From positions 1 through 64,000 of the forward strand of contig NIVC01002133.1 of the NCBI GenBank assembly GCA_002269645.1: a stretch of 64,000 nt of DNA, read 5' to 3'. Below are positions 1 to 12,745 of the stretch, piece by piece. The position numbers and the translations under genes were made by a program. The notes below the pieces were generated by a model. It made no database searches, was not told the origin of the DNA, and was given only the letters and a program-made list of their open reading frames with translations. This DNA comes from Macrostomum lignano (lineage: Eukaryota). The stretch's first letter is position 1; every line of letters begins with the position of its first letter.

Positions 1-175
1 ACCTCATAATTTGGGACTGTCTAGGAAGGAAATAATGGGATTTGTCACAAACCATGTCATCGCTCGTACTTGAAGCTCATATTTCACAAGTGTCATATAA
101 AGCCAATGAAGCAAGGCCTGAGCTAAGTCGTAGAAGTGGCGTGCATTTTATTTAACCCTGCTTGAGCTCATAGAT

Positions 176-520
176 ATGGCTAAATTAGCAATCCATTACC
201 TCTTACTTCCTTTGTCCATGGCAGCAACCCTTTCGTTAACACAATCTTTTTGTTTAGGACCAGTCAAACTAAGGAACCCCAGAGATATTCAGCGTGATGG
301 ACTACACAAGGAACGCTTTGACAGCAGCCTGCTGGAGACGCCCACCTGGGTGCTGATTGTGTTCAGCGCAAGCTTAGTCACCCTCACCTTGCACTATTTC
401 TACACCTTCGAGTCAGTGCGGCCCGGCCTGTTGGAGTTCAACTACACTGGCATCGCCAGACGCTCAGCTTTGAGAAGCAGAGATGCCAGCTTGCTGCGCC
501 AGTCAGCCGACTGCTCCTGA
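176..520 (+). CDS. Possible terminal coding exon of an upstream gene (one hydrophobic helix); product unknown
   Basis: The 3' part of the ORF (about 290-520) has GC-rich coding-like codons and a hydrophobic stretch (WVLIVFSASLVTLTLHYFY) ending in TGA. A candidate acceptor ATATTCAG lies near 293. No family recognised. Confidence 0.3.
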   Translation: MAKLAIHYLLLPLSMAATLSLTQSFCLGPVKLRNPRDIQRDGLHKERFDSSLLETPTWVLIVFSASLVTLTLHYFYTFESVRPGLLEFNYTGIARRSALRSRDASLLRQSADCS

Positions 521-3500
521 GGACTGTGAGCACATTCTGATCGCACCTACATGTAATAGGACTAGTGCTGAACTAACTTTTTTAACTTTGAATCGGTAAA
601 ATACATAGAGTTTTGATGGGAAAACCAGTCTGACAGCTGACGTGTAAAAACAATTTCCTAAGTACGTATATTTATCCATAGTTTTTTATTCAGTTTATTC
701 AACCACAACAGGGACGTACTGCAGTACAAGGATGCTACTCTCGATTTTCTTAGAAAATCGCTAAAAAAATTGAGCTCAGCGTCCTACTTGAATTGTTAAT
801 GCCGTCAAAAGTTGCAAAGTCAGCCAAGAGCTTCCTTGAAATTCCCTGTGGCTCCCCTTAGAGCTTCGACCCGACATGTACATGTAGATTACATGTGCAC
901 CGATCTTGATTCTGTGACTCATCTATTTGCTTCTTGTACCCTATGGAATTGCTTTCTTGTGGGTGCATGTTAACTCGCATATAATCTTGTTAATGTGTTA
1001 AAACTATACTGTATAGTTACCGTTGAATGATCTAATAAAAAATACAAATTCACCAATTAGCCAATAAAACAATTTGCATACTCAGTAGTTTGTTTTGTAA
1101 TAATGATAACTAGCTATATTTTCCATAGTTTTTTTCCGAAATCAGTTCAATCTGCGTGCTGAACTAGCAATATTGTTTTGCAAATCTTTAAACCAATTAT
1201 CTTGAACGTTAAATAAGCCTAGCTATGTGTTCACTTATTGAAGTAGCCCCGGAGACTAATGCGGAAGAGCTTAAACGTACTTCTACGGATACGTGAAAGC
1301 AGTCAGTGAACGCATCAACATGCACGATGCAGCATTAGCGACTTATTAAATTAAATTTCGTTACGGAAATTGTTTTGTGAATAATATTCGAGTCGTACAC
1401 TCGGCAACGCACTAAAGTTTCCATCCTGAAACTCGACGTGTGGTCAGAAACAAGTGGCAACTTATACAACTCTAGCCTTAACTCCCCCCTCTCTCAGCCT
1501 AAGCTAGGGCCTTGTGATGCAAATTGCATCACCCAAAGTTGAGACGAGAACCGTAGGCTTAGTGTGAATTGCGTCGTCACTTGTGACTGAGCCGCTGAGG
1601 ATCTGAAAAAACTACTTGTATTGGGATTTTTGGATATTTTTTGCCTGAAGCGAGGTATCGCAAGTGTGTGAAATTTAAACCTTTGAAAGAAAAAAACATC
1701 TAAAGGTAGTGAATATCTCTAGAAAATACACATAAGGTTTATTTATTCTGTTTATTTAATTTAGTTTTTGCTTTAGATAAAAACATTGAATTGATACGAC
1801 GTTCTCGGTGGAAATTTGAATTTCTATTAATATTATCGTGGAATTTAAAATGTCATCAATCGTCGACCGCCGGTCGAGATCAGAATTTTGAACTTTGCAT
1901 TTTGTATAATTAGTTCATTCGTTCATTTTCGATTATTTATTATGTCATTAAAGATGATTTGGCATCTTTAGGCAGTGCAATTCTTTCGCCCAAGAACCCA
2001 AATTCATTTTTTAATTATGCAGCTAGTCCAGACGCCGTCCAGACTCCTGTCGTTATTCTAATTTTCTTTCAATCAGAATTAGGTCTTAGAGTCAAAGCCA
2101 AAAAAAATTGAGTAGCTACACAGCTAGCTTGAGTTGAATATTATTTTCCCTAGGATTTCATTAAAGGTATTCCAGTAGAAGCTTTATTTTCTATCAAAAT
2201 AATATTGTTTAATGTCAGGCTTCAATCCAGACTTGTTTTTGTGTTTTGTTTAGTGTTGACTGTTTGTGTTAGGCTAAGTAATAAAGTCATGTCACTTGTC
2301 ACAATCCTTATAGTATATGATTTCTTACAATAAAGCATTGTATATTTTACAAAAACAAGTTTCTAAGTGCTTTTTATTCATATTAGGCTAAACAAATACC
2401 AACTTAACATTTAAAGTTGAGTATCCATCTGACTTTTTCTTCTACCTATAATATAAAAATTATTCTAAAAAATGGAAATTATCATACAATGAAGGTAATG
2501 AAGCCATATTAAAGTATAAATACTTTATAATTTTTATCCATTTTAATTTAGTCTAGCAAATGAAAAATTATATCATTTCAATGCTAATAGGCCTATATAT
2601 ATATATAGTAAAATAATAATTGGTTTATAATAAAGCCTTTTATATAAATATAGCCTTTTATTGCCTCTATTATAGCCAATAGCCATTATTATAGATAGTG
2701 TCTAATGCAGATGGACCTTAGTAGAGCAGATGCAATCTGGCATAGTCTAATATAGAAAAAGGGATGTCTAACATGGTTCAGGTTCAGACCTTGGCTACCA
2801 TATGGTATATTTCCAAGTACAAATACTATAAACATGTTATAAATACAAAATTAATATGTCTATTGTTCTTTGAATAAAATTATAATATCCTTTACTTAGC
2901 AATATATTATAATTTCTGTCTTAGACTTAAAATCAATTGTCAATAAGTAGTAATAGCTTTAAGCTGATTCTAGCTAAAACTCTCCACTCTTGCTAGCCTA
3001 AGCTAGGGCTTTCTGATAGAAATTGCATCATATATAGTTGAGTTAAGAACTGTAAGTATAATCTAAGTTTAAGTTTAAGGTATATAGGTCCTAGGTAGGC
3101 TAAGATCTAAAAAAGTTGACCATTGGTTTCAGGATAAAAATTCAAGTGCTACTAACTATAAATACTAAAAGATTTACAAGTACTTTATTACATACATATA
3201 TTATATATAAAAATTGATAAATTGCATGTTTAAATTAACTTAAAGGCATTTTCTAGGAAATCTAATATTTTAAATCATTATATAATGACTATTTTAATAT
3301 GAAATGACTAAATATCATAAGTAAATAGTGTAAATAGCATTCTTTATCTCACTTCTTTTTTATTGTACTTCATGAAATTTGATCAAATTCATAAATTTGT
3401 TTCAATTGCTAGTCTATTAAAACTTGATCCACCTTATGCAACCATCAGAGGCATCAACAAATAATGGTAATTTTTGTCCTTTTTTGAATTTTACTTGTTG

Positions 3501-3589
3501 CTAAATATCTTTGCTAAAGACTAGCTGGCAATGTTTTATCTGACTATTAACCCAACAAATGCAAAAAAACAATGCACTACTTCTTGTCA

Positions 3590-3995
3590 AGGAGGGCAGC
3601 AGCTCTTACTAAGAGAGATCTTGTCACCTTGAAGAGGAGGGCAGCGGCTCCTACTGAGACCTTGTCACCTTGAAGGGGAGGGCAGCGGCTCAATACTGAG
3701 ACCTTGTCACCTTGTAGGGGAGGGCAGCGGCTCCTACTGAGACCTTGTCATCTTGTAGGGGAGGGCAGCGGCTCATACTGAGACCTTGTCACCTTGTAGG
3801 GGAGGGCAGTGGCTCATACTGAGATCTTGTCACCTTGAAGAGGAGGGCAGTGGCTCATACTGAGACCTTGTCATCTTGTAGGGGAGGGCAGCGGCTCATA
3901 CTGAGACCTTGTCATCTTGTAGGGAGGGCAGCGACTCCTACTGAGACCTTGTCATCTTGTAAAGGAGGGCAGCGACTCCTACTGAGAGACCATAT
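3590..3995. repeat. Minisatellite, unit about 41 bp (GAGACCTTGTCACCTTGTAGGGGAGGGCAGCGGCTCATACT)
   Basis: About 10 tandem copies seen directly. Confidence 0.9.
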
Positions 3996-4617
3996 AGTGG
4001 AGGGCAGCGGCTCCCACTGCAGCATCTGGAGGTTCAGCTCTAATATACAAGCCTCAAATCGCATTAACTTGCTTATAAGCCTCATGAAGTTGCTTCTCAC
4101 CCCGCCGCTTGTCCTCGCAATTTCCTCTCAAGCCGTCTGGACTCGCGCCCAGTCTCCAGTTTGCACTTTCTGTGGCGCCTAAGTGGCATTGCCGCCGGGC
4201 GGGCTCTCTTTAAATTCATTTTCTATCCCGCTCTACTTGAGTCCTCAAGCTGCCACCGCCGGGACGGGCTCTTGATTGCCTAGTAAAACTCGATTGCTGC
4301 CAGCTCTGCGAGTTATATCCCAGACTTTTCTCGGATAAGAAGTACATATTGGGAATAAACTCCCCTGTAGGATATCTTGTGTTGCTTTTATCTATGTTGT
4401 TGCCCTACTAAACTAAAGATAGCAGAGAATCTTCGCTGTCTTCATCAATCTTGAGCAAGGCCGAGAAAGATGACTAATGTTAGAGACTTTTTACGAAATC
4501 TCTGAGGGAGTAGCTGTTATTTCTGTGCAATGGGAGTCGAAGAGGGCAGGCGAATGTTGGTCGGATAGGAAGAGCTCAGAAGGCTAAATTGAGTAATTAT
4601 AACGAGGGGGATAGGTA

Positions 4618-5050
4618 TAGCTCAGAGAAGATTGGGGCTCAGAGAGGGTAGAGGACAGCTCAGAGAGGGTACAAGACAGCTCAGAGAGGGTACAAGACGG
4701 CTCAGAGAGGGTACAAGACAGCTCAGAGATGGTAGAGGATAGCTCAATAGGGTAAGAGAGCTCAGAGAGGATAAGGTACAGCTCAGAGAGGGTACAAGAG
4801 AGCTCAGAGATGGTAAGGGACAGCTCAGAAAGGGTAGAGGACAGCTCAGAGAGGATAAGAGAGGTCATAGAGGATAAGGGGCAGCTCAGAGAGGATACAG
4901 GACAGCTCAGAGAGGGTACAAGAGAGCTCAGAGATGGTAAGGGACAGCTCAGAGAAAATAAGGGAGATCATAGAGGATAAGGGGCAGCTCAGAGAGGGTA
5001 AGGGACAGTTCAGAGAGTGGATAGGAGCATATTATAGGGGCGGCTCAGAG
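4618..5050. repeat. Minisatellite, 21-bp unit (CAGCTCAGAGAGGGTACAAGA)
   Basis: Tandem degenerate copies; explains the LSELSCT ORF. Confidence 0.9.
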
Positions 5051-5571
5051 CTCAATAAAACTCTGCATCCAGTATAATGTTGGCTAGTTGATTTACCAAT
5101 TTATATTCCGTTTTTCTTCTCTCGGTTAAGCCTCCAATCCATCATCATAATTTCATACAGATATATTTTCTAATTTGGCAGCAGGACTAAAGGGCTCAGC
5201 ATTGAGAATGAATTTTCTTCATCTAGAGGCCGATCCTTTGGTCTGGCTTAATTCTCTTCGGGCATGACTAATTGGGATTCCGTTCACTTTCTATCTTCCC
5301 CATTCGTGGCCTGGGAGGCAGGACCTTAATCCTTCAAGCATTCAGTCAACCCGCTTCTTCCCGAGCCTTCTTTTATGTTTCTTGCATGCAATTTGCTTCA
5401 AAGAATTTAATGCCGAAATTTAACCTTGGAAAACCCGAGCTTGGCTTTTCCGATGCGCAGAAAATGTCTTCTCGGATACAATCCGTTCTTCTGGGGATTC
5501 TCTGTGAGGTCTGGTGTAGCTTTTCGTGACCTTCCTATTAGCCATAGCAATTTCCTGGCTTTCTGCCGCAG

Positions 5572-8500
5572 GCCGGGCCGAGCTGCCTGCCGGCTGGGAG
5601 GCACACGAGGACGAGGCCGGGCCCTACTATTGGCACGTGCCGTCGGGCACGATTCGGCGGGAGCCGCCGGGACCCGCGGATCAGCCGGCCAGGCCGAAAA
5701 GTTTTCTTGGCTGCTGTGAGTTTATTCGGCTTTGTTTAAATGCCCCTGACGCATTGGATGGTCAGGTCACGTGCCTCGCTTGTCTGATTCGCGCCCATGA
5801 GGGCCAACCCCCAAGGCACAGAGTGTGCATCCCTAAATATTAGAAAGTCAGTACACCCTGTGTGAACGAGTGTATGAGTGCGTACTTGTGTACAGCAGGG
5901 GTCGGTAAACTTTTTTACCTTTTTTAGAACCTAGAGCATGACTGCGAACCGGAGGAAGGAAGAGAGGAGATGGAATAAAGACGAAAGAAGGGAGAGAGGA
6001 GAAAGGAGAGCTGCGAGGGAAGAGAAGAGAAGAGAGGAAAGAAGGGAGTAAAGGAGAGGAGAGGAGAGAGTAGAGGAAAGTAGAGAGTGGAGAAGAGAAG
6101 AGAGATGAGAGAGAAGAGCGCTGAGAAGAAAAAAACATTGAGCGGGCCGGAGTTTGGCGACCGCTGGTGCAGTATTGGTGCGCTTGTACAAGCGTAGTTA
6201 CTATTCGTGTTGCTATATGACTGTAAGTCATACTCCCATGGATAAATTGCGTTTTCTGTAGTTACTATAACCGCTACAAACCAGTTCTGTTTATGCAAAA
6301 CTTCGTCATCGAATTTTAACAGCCGTCGACGATTTCAAAATCTGCGGCGTCGGCGGCATTAACGGCGGCAGCGGCGGCGAATCGTCATCGACTGTCTCCT
6401 CACCGTCCACAGCTTCGGCTGGCGCGGCCGCCTCTCCAACCTCAACGGCGGCAGCCGCTGCCTCCGGTGCCGCTGACGATCCGAACGGAGGCCCGGAGCT
6501 GCTATGCGAAAGCCTGGAATTCCGGGTCCGCTACCTGGGCTGGCGTTACCTGGACCCGGACGATGTGGCCCGGGCGGAGAGATCCAGCGGCGCGGTGAAC
6601 CGCTGCATCATGGCGCTGGCGGCTGCTGAAGCTGCCGGAGACCTGGTGAGTAGCTTTTTAATAGTCAGTAGCTTAATATTGTGTCTTGCAAAGCCCTCGA
6701 AAGGGAAGACCCGATGGTATATTTTGTTGTTGTTGCGCTCTTAAGGCTTGGTGGAAGATTGTGGCGCTTCCAACCCTGCATAGCTGGCGCCCCTAACTCT
6801 GCATAGCTGGCGCCCTCCAACCCTGCATAGCTGGCGCCCCTAACCCTGCATAGCTGGCGCCCCCCAACCCTGCATAGCTGGCGCCCCCCAACCTTGCATA
6901 GCTGGCGCCCCCAACCTTGCATAGCTGGCGCCCCCAACCCTGCATAGCTGGCGCCCCCCAACCTTGCATAGCTGGCGCCCCCAACCTTGCATAGCTGGCG
7001 CCCCTAACCCTGCATAGCTGGCGCCCCCCAACCCTGCATAGCTGGCGCCCCCCAACCTTGCATAGCTGGCGCCCCCAACCTTGCATAGCTGGCGCCCCCA
7101 ACCTTGCATAGCTGGCGCCCCCAACCTTGCATAGCTGGCGCCCCCAACCTTGCATAGCTGGCGCCCCCAACCCTGCAAAGCTGGCGCGCCCAACCTTGCA
7201 TAGTTGGCGCCCCCAACCCTGCATAGCTGGCGCCCCCAACCCTGCATAGCTGGCGCCCACCAACCCTGCATAGCTGGCGCCCCCAACCCTGCATAGCTGG
7301 CGCCCCTAACCCTGCATAGCTGGCGCCCCTAACCCTGCATAGCTGGCGCCCCCAACCCTGGATAGCTGGCGCCCCTAACCTTGCATAGCTGGCGCTCCCA
7401 ACCCCTGCATAGCTGGCGCCCCCAACCCTGCATAGCTGGCGCCCCTAATCTTACATAGCTGGCGCCCCCAACCTTACATAAGCTGGCGCTCCCAACCTTG
7501 CATAGCTGGCGCCCCCAACCCCTGCATAGCTGGCGCCCCCAACCTTGCATAGCTGGCGCCCCCAACCCCTGCATAGCTGGCGCCCCCAACCTTGCATAAC
7601 TGGCGCCCCCAACCCCTGCATAGCTGGCGCCCCCAACCCCTGCATAGCTGGCGCCCCCAACCCCTGCATAGCTGGCGCCCCCAACCCCTGCATAGCTGGC
7701 GCCCCCAACCTTGCATAACTGGCGCCCCCACCCCCAACCTTGCATAGCTGGCGCCCCCAACCCTATAGAGACCAATGTTTCCAGGCTCCGCAGATCAATT
7801 TTCGTGCATGAATTCATAACCTGAGCAGAGCGAGTGCACCGCCAAGTTCTCCGATTGCTTATAGAGATCTGCAACACTGCCCCCCCCTCCACTCTGCTCC
7901 CAGCAACCCCAGCCGGCTAGGCTGCTACTCAGCCGGCACAACCTCCGCCTGCTGGCTGTTGACTCCGTTGCCATTGACAACGAGACTGAATCCGAGCAGC
8001 AGCGGGATCAGCTGATTCCCGCCCAGCCTCTGCTCGCCATTCGACTCTGGGGCGTCGGCCGGCGGAGCGGTGGCGGCGGCAGTGGCGCCGACTCGTTGGA
8101 CTCTTCATCAACCGGCTCAGCCTCCGCCGCGGCCGCCGGTCGCCACTTTGCCTATGTGGCCCGCGACGACGTCAACAAATACGTGTGCCACGTGCTGGAC
8201 TGCCTGGACCCCGACGATGTCGGCGACCCCGCCAGCGGCACGGCGGCTGTGCGCATCGCCAATGCCGTTTGCCAGCGCTGTCGGCGGCTCATGTCGCTGC
8301 GGAGGCGTCGGCAGCAGCAGCAGCAGCGTCGTCAAGATCTGCGCCTGCCGGTGGACACCGACGCGCTGCTGTCGGCGTCTCCGTTTCCCTCCCCGCAGGA
8401 GGAGCCCAGCAAGTGCATCCCCTGCCTGTACCTGGGATGCCTGCCCGTGGACGGCCCTGGCGGACTCGACCGCCTTAACGACGCCATCAACACCGCCGTT

Positions 8501-8893
8501 GCTGAAGTGGCCGACGGTAGCCGCCAGGCGACGCCAGTCAACGCTCGGGTGTCGCCGTCCAGTCTGCGATTCGAACCCGCGACTAACGCTGGCTCGTCGA
8601 CGGCCTGCGGCGCTGTGGAACTGCGCGTCCGCTATCTGTCATTCATGGGGGTGAGCCGCGCTTCCGTCCGCCATGCGGGTTTCATCGCGCAGACCGCGCT
8701 CGGCGCTTTCGAGTGCCACGTCTGCCGCTGCGAGCCCAGCTGCGGCCCGCTCTGCCGCACTGTGGAGGCCGCCTGCAACCTGCGCTACCAGAAATGCCTG
8801 GACTCGCTGGCTGCCACGCCTGGCCGAGGCAACCGCCAGCTGCTGCAGCAGTCGGGCGACGAGTCTACGGCTGCGGGAGGCGGCGTCAAGGTA

Positions 8894-8980
<87 letters not shown>

Positions 8981-8999
8981 GTGTCTGTCTGTCTGTCTA

Positions 9000-9080
<81 letters not shown>

Positions 9081-9107
9081 GTGTGTGTCTGTCTGTCTGT
9101 CTGTCTA

Positions 9108-9138
<31 letters not shown>

Positions 9139-9171
9139 GCTGTCTGTCTGTCTGTCTGTCTGTCTGTCTGC

Positions 9172-9236
<65 letters not shown>

Positions 9237-9336
9237 GCTAACTCATATCCGCACCCACCCGTTCATCCCGCAGTCCGACATTGTCCAGGCTGTCACCTCC
9301 CTATTCAGCGGCCTCAGGCGGCTGAGCATCAAGTGA
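5572..9336 (+). CDS. APBB: APBB/Fe65-family amyloid precursor protein-binding adaptor (WW-PTB1-PTB2), 5' exon not identified
   Basis: Exons 5572-5715, 6323-6645, 7904-8890 (alternative acceptor 7913) and 9274-9336, all AG/GT with matching phases. WW: [32 protein letters not shown]1: [47 protein letters not shown]2: [48 protein letters not shown]. All match Fe65 motifs. Confidence 0.9.
5795..5900 (+). mobile_element. Partial SINE copy in APBB intron
   Basis: AGGGCCAACCCCCAAGGCACAGAG...GTACACCCTGTGTGA matches the SINE body. Confidence 0.6.
6770..7762. repeat. Intronic minisatellite, about 21-bp unit (TGCATAGCTGGCGCCCCCAACC)
   Basis: Fills an APBB intron; produces many spurious GAPAMQG ORFs. 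Confidence 0.95.
8893..9237. repeat. (TGTC)n microsatellite filling the last APBB intron
   Basis: Starts immediately at the GTATGTCTGTC donor. Confidence 0.95.
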
Positions 9337-10249
9337 AACCCTGAGGCAACTCGGACGCAAATTTATCCAACTTATCGAATTTAGCATCAATTTATTGGTA
9401 TTTGCTTTGGTTTCTAACCGGACAGACCTCAGCCGCGGCTTCTTCATTCGACAAGCGCAGCCGCAGCTGCTCACTGATATTCCTCCTTCCATGGTATTTC
9501 GAATTCTGTATTTTTTCTGTGCACATTTTCAAGCTTTTGTGATTTTTTTTAATTTCCAAATTTGTTTAAATGCGTCCTAAATTCGTGGCACCGTTTAAAA
9601 TATGATGGGCTGAAAGCTTTTCCATGCATGTGCCGTCTCTTAACGGGGCAGAGTGCGGCAGCTCGGCGGCAAATGCTCTCGCTTGATTCATGCCCGCGAG
9701 GGTCGACCGAGAAGGCACCGAGAATGTACATGTCTGACAATCAGACATTCAGGCCACTGTACACTCTGCCATAATTAGCATTATGATTTTGTCTTTGCAC
9801 TGATGCAGCATTCTAGTTTTGTTGACCATTGCAGATTGTTTAAAATGCTTCTTTTTCACATGAATTTCGCTATCTTTCACTGTCAAACCATGCTACTCGT
9901 TCTTGGCACACAAGTAGTACAGCTAATCAAGAATAAACCTTTTTCTGCAGCTGCTTCTCTACTTATCTGCTTTTTTCTTTAATAATATACTCACCTTATG
10001 TAGCCTGATTGCTCCTTGTGATATTTTTTGATTCAATGTATAGAATTTATTATTATACTCATTCGATAATGTACTAATGCTCTTGTCTGGTATTTTTATT
10101 AAATGCCGTTTTATCTTAATCTCGTCTGTCAGACGTTTGGAGCGCCGACAGCCTTGATCATTCCTATAAAATTGCACTTTATCGGCTGCATAAATTGATA
10201 AATGAGACTGATTTTCCTGGCTTTTTTCTCTTTCTCTCAATCCCCATGA

Positions 10250-12125
10250 GAATCGCCCCATAAACTGCTTCAGATCCCAGTTGAATCAGCATGAGAATCG
10301 CCTCATAAACTGCTTCAGATCCCAGTTGAATCAGCATGAGAATCGCCTCATAAACTGCTACAGATCCCAGTTGAATCAGCATGAGAATCGCCTCATAAAC
10401 TGCTACAGATCCCAGTTGAATCAGCATGAGAATCATCCCATAAACTGCTACAGATCCCAGTTGAGTCAGCATGAGAATAATCTCATAAACTGCTTCAGAT
10501 CCCAGTTGAATCAGCATGAGAATCGCCCCATAAACTGCTACAGATTCCAGTTGAATCAGCATGAGAATCATCTCATAAACTGCTACAGATCCCAGTTGAA
10601 TCAGCATGAGAATCATCTCATAAACTGCTACAGATCCCAGTTGAATCAGCATGAGAATCATTTCATAAACTGCTACAGATTCCAGTTGAATCAGCATGAG
10701 AATCATCTCATAAACTGCTACAGATCCCAGTTGAATCAGCATGAGAATAATCTCATAAACTGCTACAGATCCCAGTTGAATCAGCATGAGAATCATCTCA
10801 TAAACTGCTACAGATCCCAGTTGAATCAGCATGAGAATCATCTCATAAACTGCTACAGATCCCAGTTGAATCAGCATGAGAATAATCTCATAAACTGCTA
10901 CAGATCCCAGTTGAATCAGCATGAGAATCATCTCATAAACTGCTACAGATCCCAGTTGAATCAGCATGAGAATCATCTCATAAACTGCTACAGATCCCAG
11001 TTGAATCAGCATGAGAATCATCTCATAAACTGCTACAGATCCCAGTTGAATCAGCATGAGAATCATCTCATAAACTGCTACAGATCCCAGTTGAATCAGC
11101 ATGAGAATCATCTCATAAACTGCTACAGATCCCAGTTGAATCAGCATGAGAATCATCTCATAAACTGCTACAGATCCCAGTTGAATCAGCATGAGAATCA
11201 TCTCATAAACTGCTACAGATCCCAGTTGAATCAGCATGAGAATCATCTCATAAACTGCTACAGATCCCAGTTGAATCAGCATGAGAATCATCTCATAAAC
11301 TGCTACAGATCCCAGTTGAATCAGCATGAGAATCGTCTCATAAACTGCTACAGATCCCAGTTGAATCAGCATGAGAATCATCTCATAAACTGCTACAGAT
11401 CCCAGTTGAATCAGCATGAGAATCATCTCATAAACTGCTACAGATCCCAGTTGAATCAGCATGAGAATCATCTCATAAACTGCTACAGATCCCAGTTGAA
11501 TCAGCATGAGAATCATCTCATAAACTGCTACAGATCCCAGTTGAATCAGCATGAGAATCATCTCATAAACTGCTACAGATCCCAGTTGAATCAGCATGAG
11601 AATCGCCTCATAAACTGCTACAGATCCCAGTTGAATCAGCATGAGAATCATCTCATAAACTGCTACAGATCCCAGTTGAATCAGCATGAGAATCATCTCA
11701 TAAACTGCTACAGATCCCAGTTGAATCAGCATGAGAATCGCCTCATAAACTGCTACAGATCCCAGTTGAGTCAGCATGAGAATCATCTCATAAACTGCTA
11801 CAGATCCCAGTTGAATCAGCATGAGAATCATCTCATAAACTGCTACAGATCCCAGTTGAATCAGCATGAGAATCATCTCATAAACTGCTACAGATCCCAG
11901 TTGAATCAGCATGAGAATCATCTCATAAACTGCTACAGATCCCAGTTGAATCAGCATGAGAATCGCCTCATAAACTGCTACAGATCCCAGTTGAGTCAGC
12001 ATGAGAATCATCTCATAAACTGCTACAGATCCCAGTTGAATCAGCATGAGAATCATCTCATAAACTGCTACAGATCCCAGTTGAATCAGCATGAGAATCG
12101 CCTCATAAACTGCTACAGATCCTAT
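10250..12125. repeat. Homogeneous 45-bp minisatellite (CATGAGAATCATCTCATAAACTGCTACAGATCCCAGTTGAATCAG), about 41 copies
   Basis: Seen directly; gives long repetitive ORFs on both strands. Confidence 0.97.
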
Positions 12126-12745
12126 GAGTAGTTTAATCGCTCCGTATATTTCGCTAATAATAGTTAATCGCATCTAATGCGGATTAGGATCTGATGGAAT
12201 GTACGTGCCATATATTTGTCACCGACCCTCATTTCTGAGCACGTCTTTCCTCTTTTGAGTTTTAGTTTCTTCAGTTCTGGTCCAATTAGTCTGTTTTTCT
12301 ACTCTGATAATTTAACCGGCTTGAGCTGGACAATGGTGGAATGGGAGAGGGAGAGGGAGGAAGAGCACACAGGAGAGCACAAGCTATAAGAGCTGCTTCA
12401 ACAAGCCTGTCTTTACTCGTATTTGCTTCAAAACTGGCCTGTCTTAAGGAGAGACGAGATGAGAAGGAGAATAGCTGTTCTCTCTCTCTTACTCATTAAT
12501 TGTGCTACACAATGGCAGGAATCATGCTGTGGCTCTGTGAGCACACTCTCATCGCATGCAAACAGTGTACATTGGGTGCGTGCACGGTGGGGTGAACTCT
12601 ATTGTGCTCGGCTTGAGCAGTGGCTGGCAGCTGAGAATAAGAAGGGCCTTGCATTCTTTCTGACTCAGAGCCAGCCCTAGAAAGCATCTCGTCTCCGCCA
12701 GTGGCTCTGCTTTTTTCCAAACTCCAAGCGAAAGCAAAACTAGCA

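Noticed and set aside
5272-5529. Candidate first exon of APBB
   Set aside because: No convincing ATG-donor combination in the phase required by the acceptor at 5572.
8713-9344. Long CLSV-repeat extensions of the APBB ORFs
   Set aside because: The (TGTC)n intron is read through in the ORF track; the real exon ends at the GT donor at 8891.
10250-12125. CRISPR-like regular repeat
   Set aside because: Units are contiguous with no unique spacers, and the context is eukaryotic with no cas genes.
10179-12173. 616-aa and 664-aa ORFs on opposite strands
   Set aside because: Both are translations of a 45-bp (15-codon) tandem unit that happens to lack stops in those frames. There is no unique domain or splice context.
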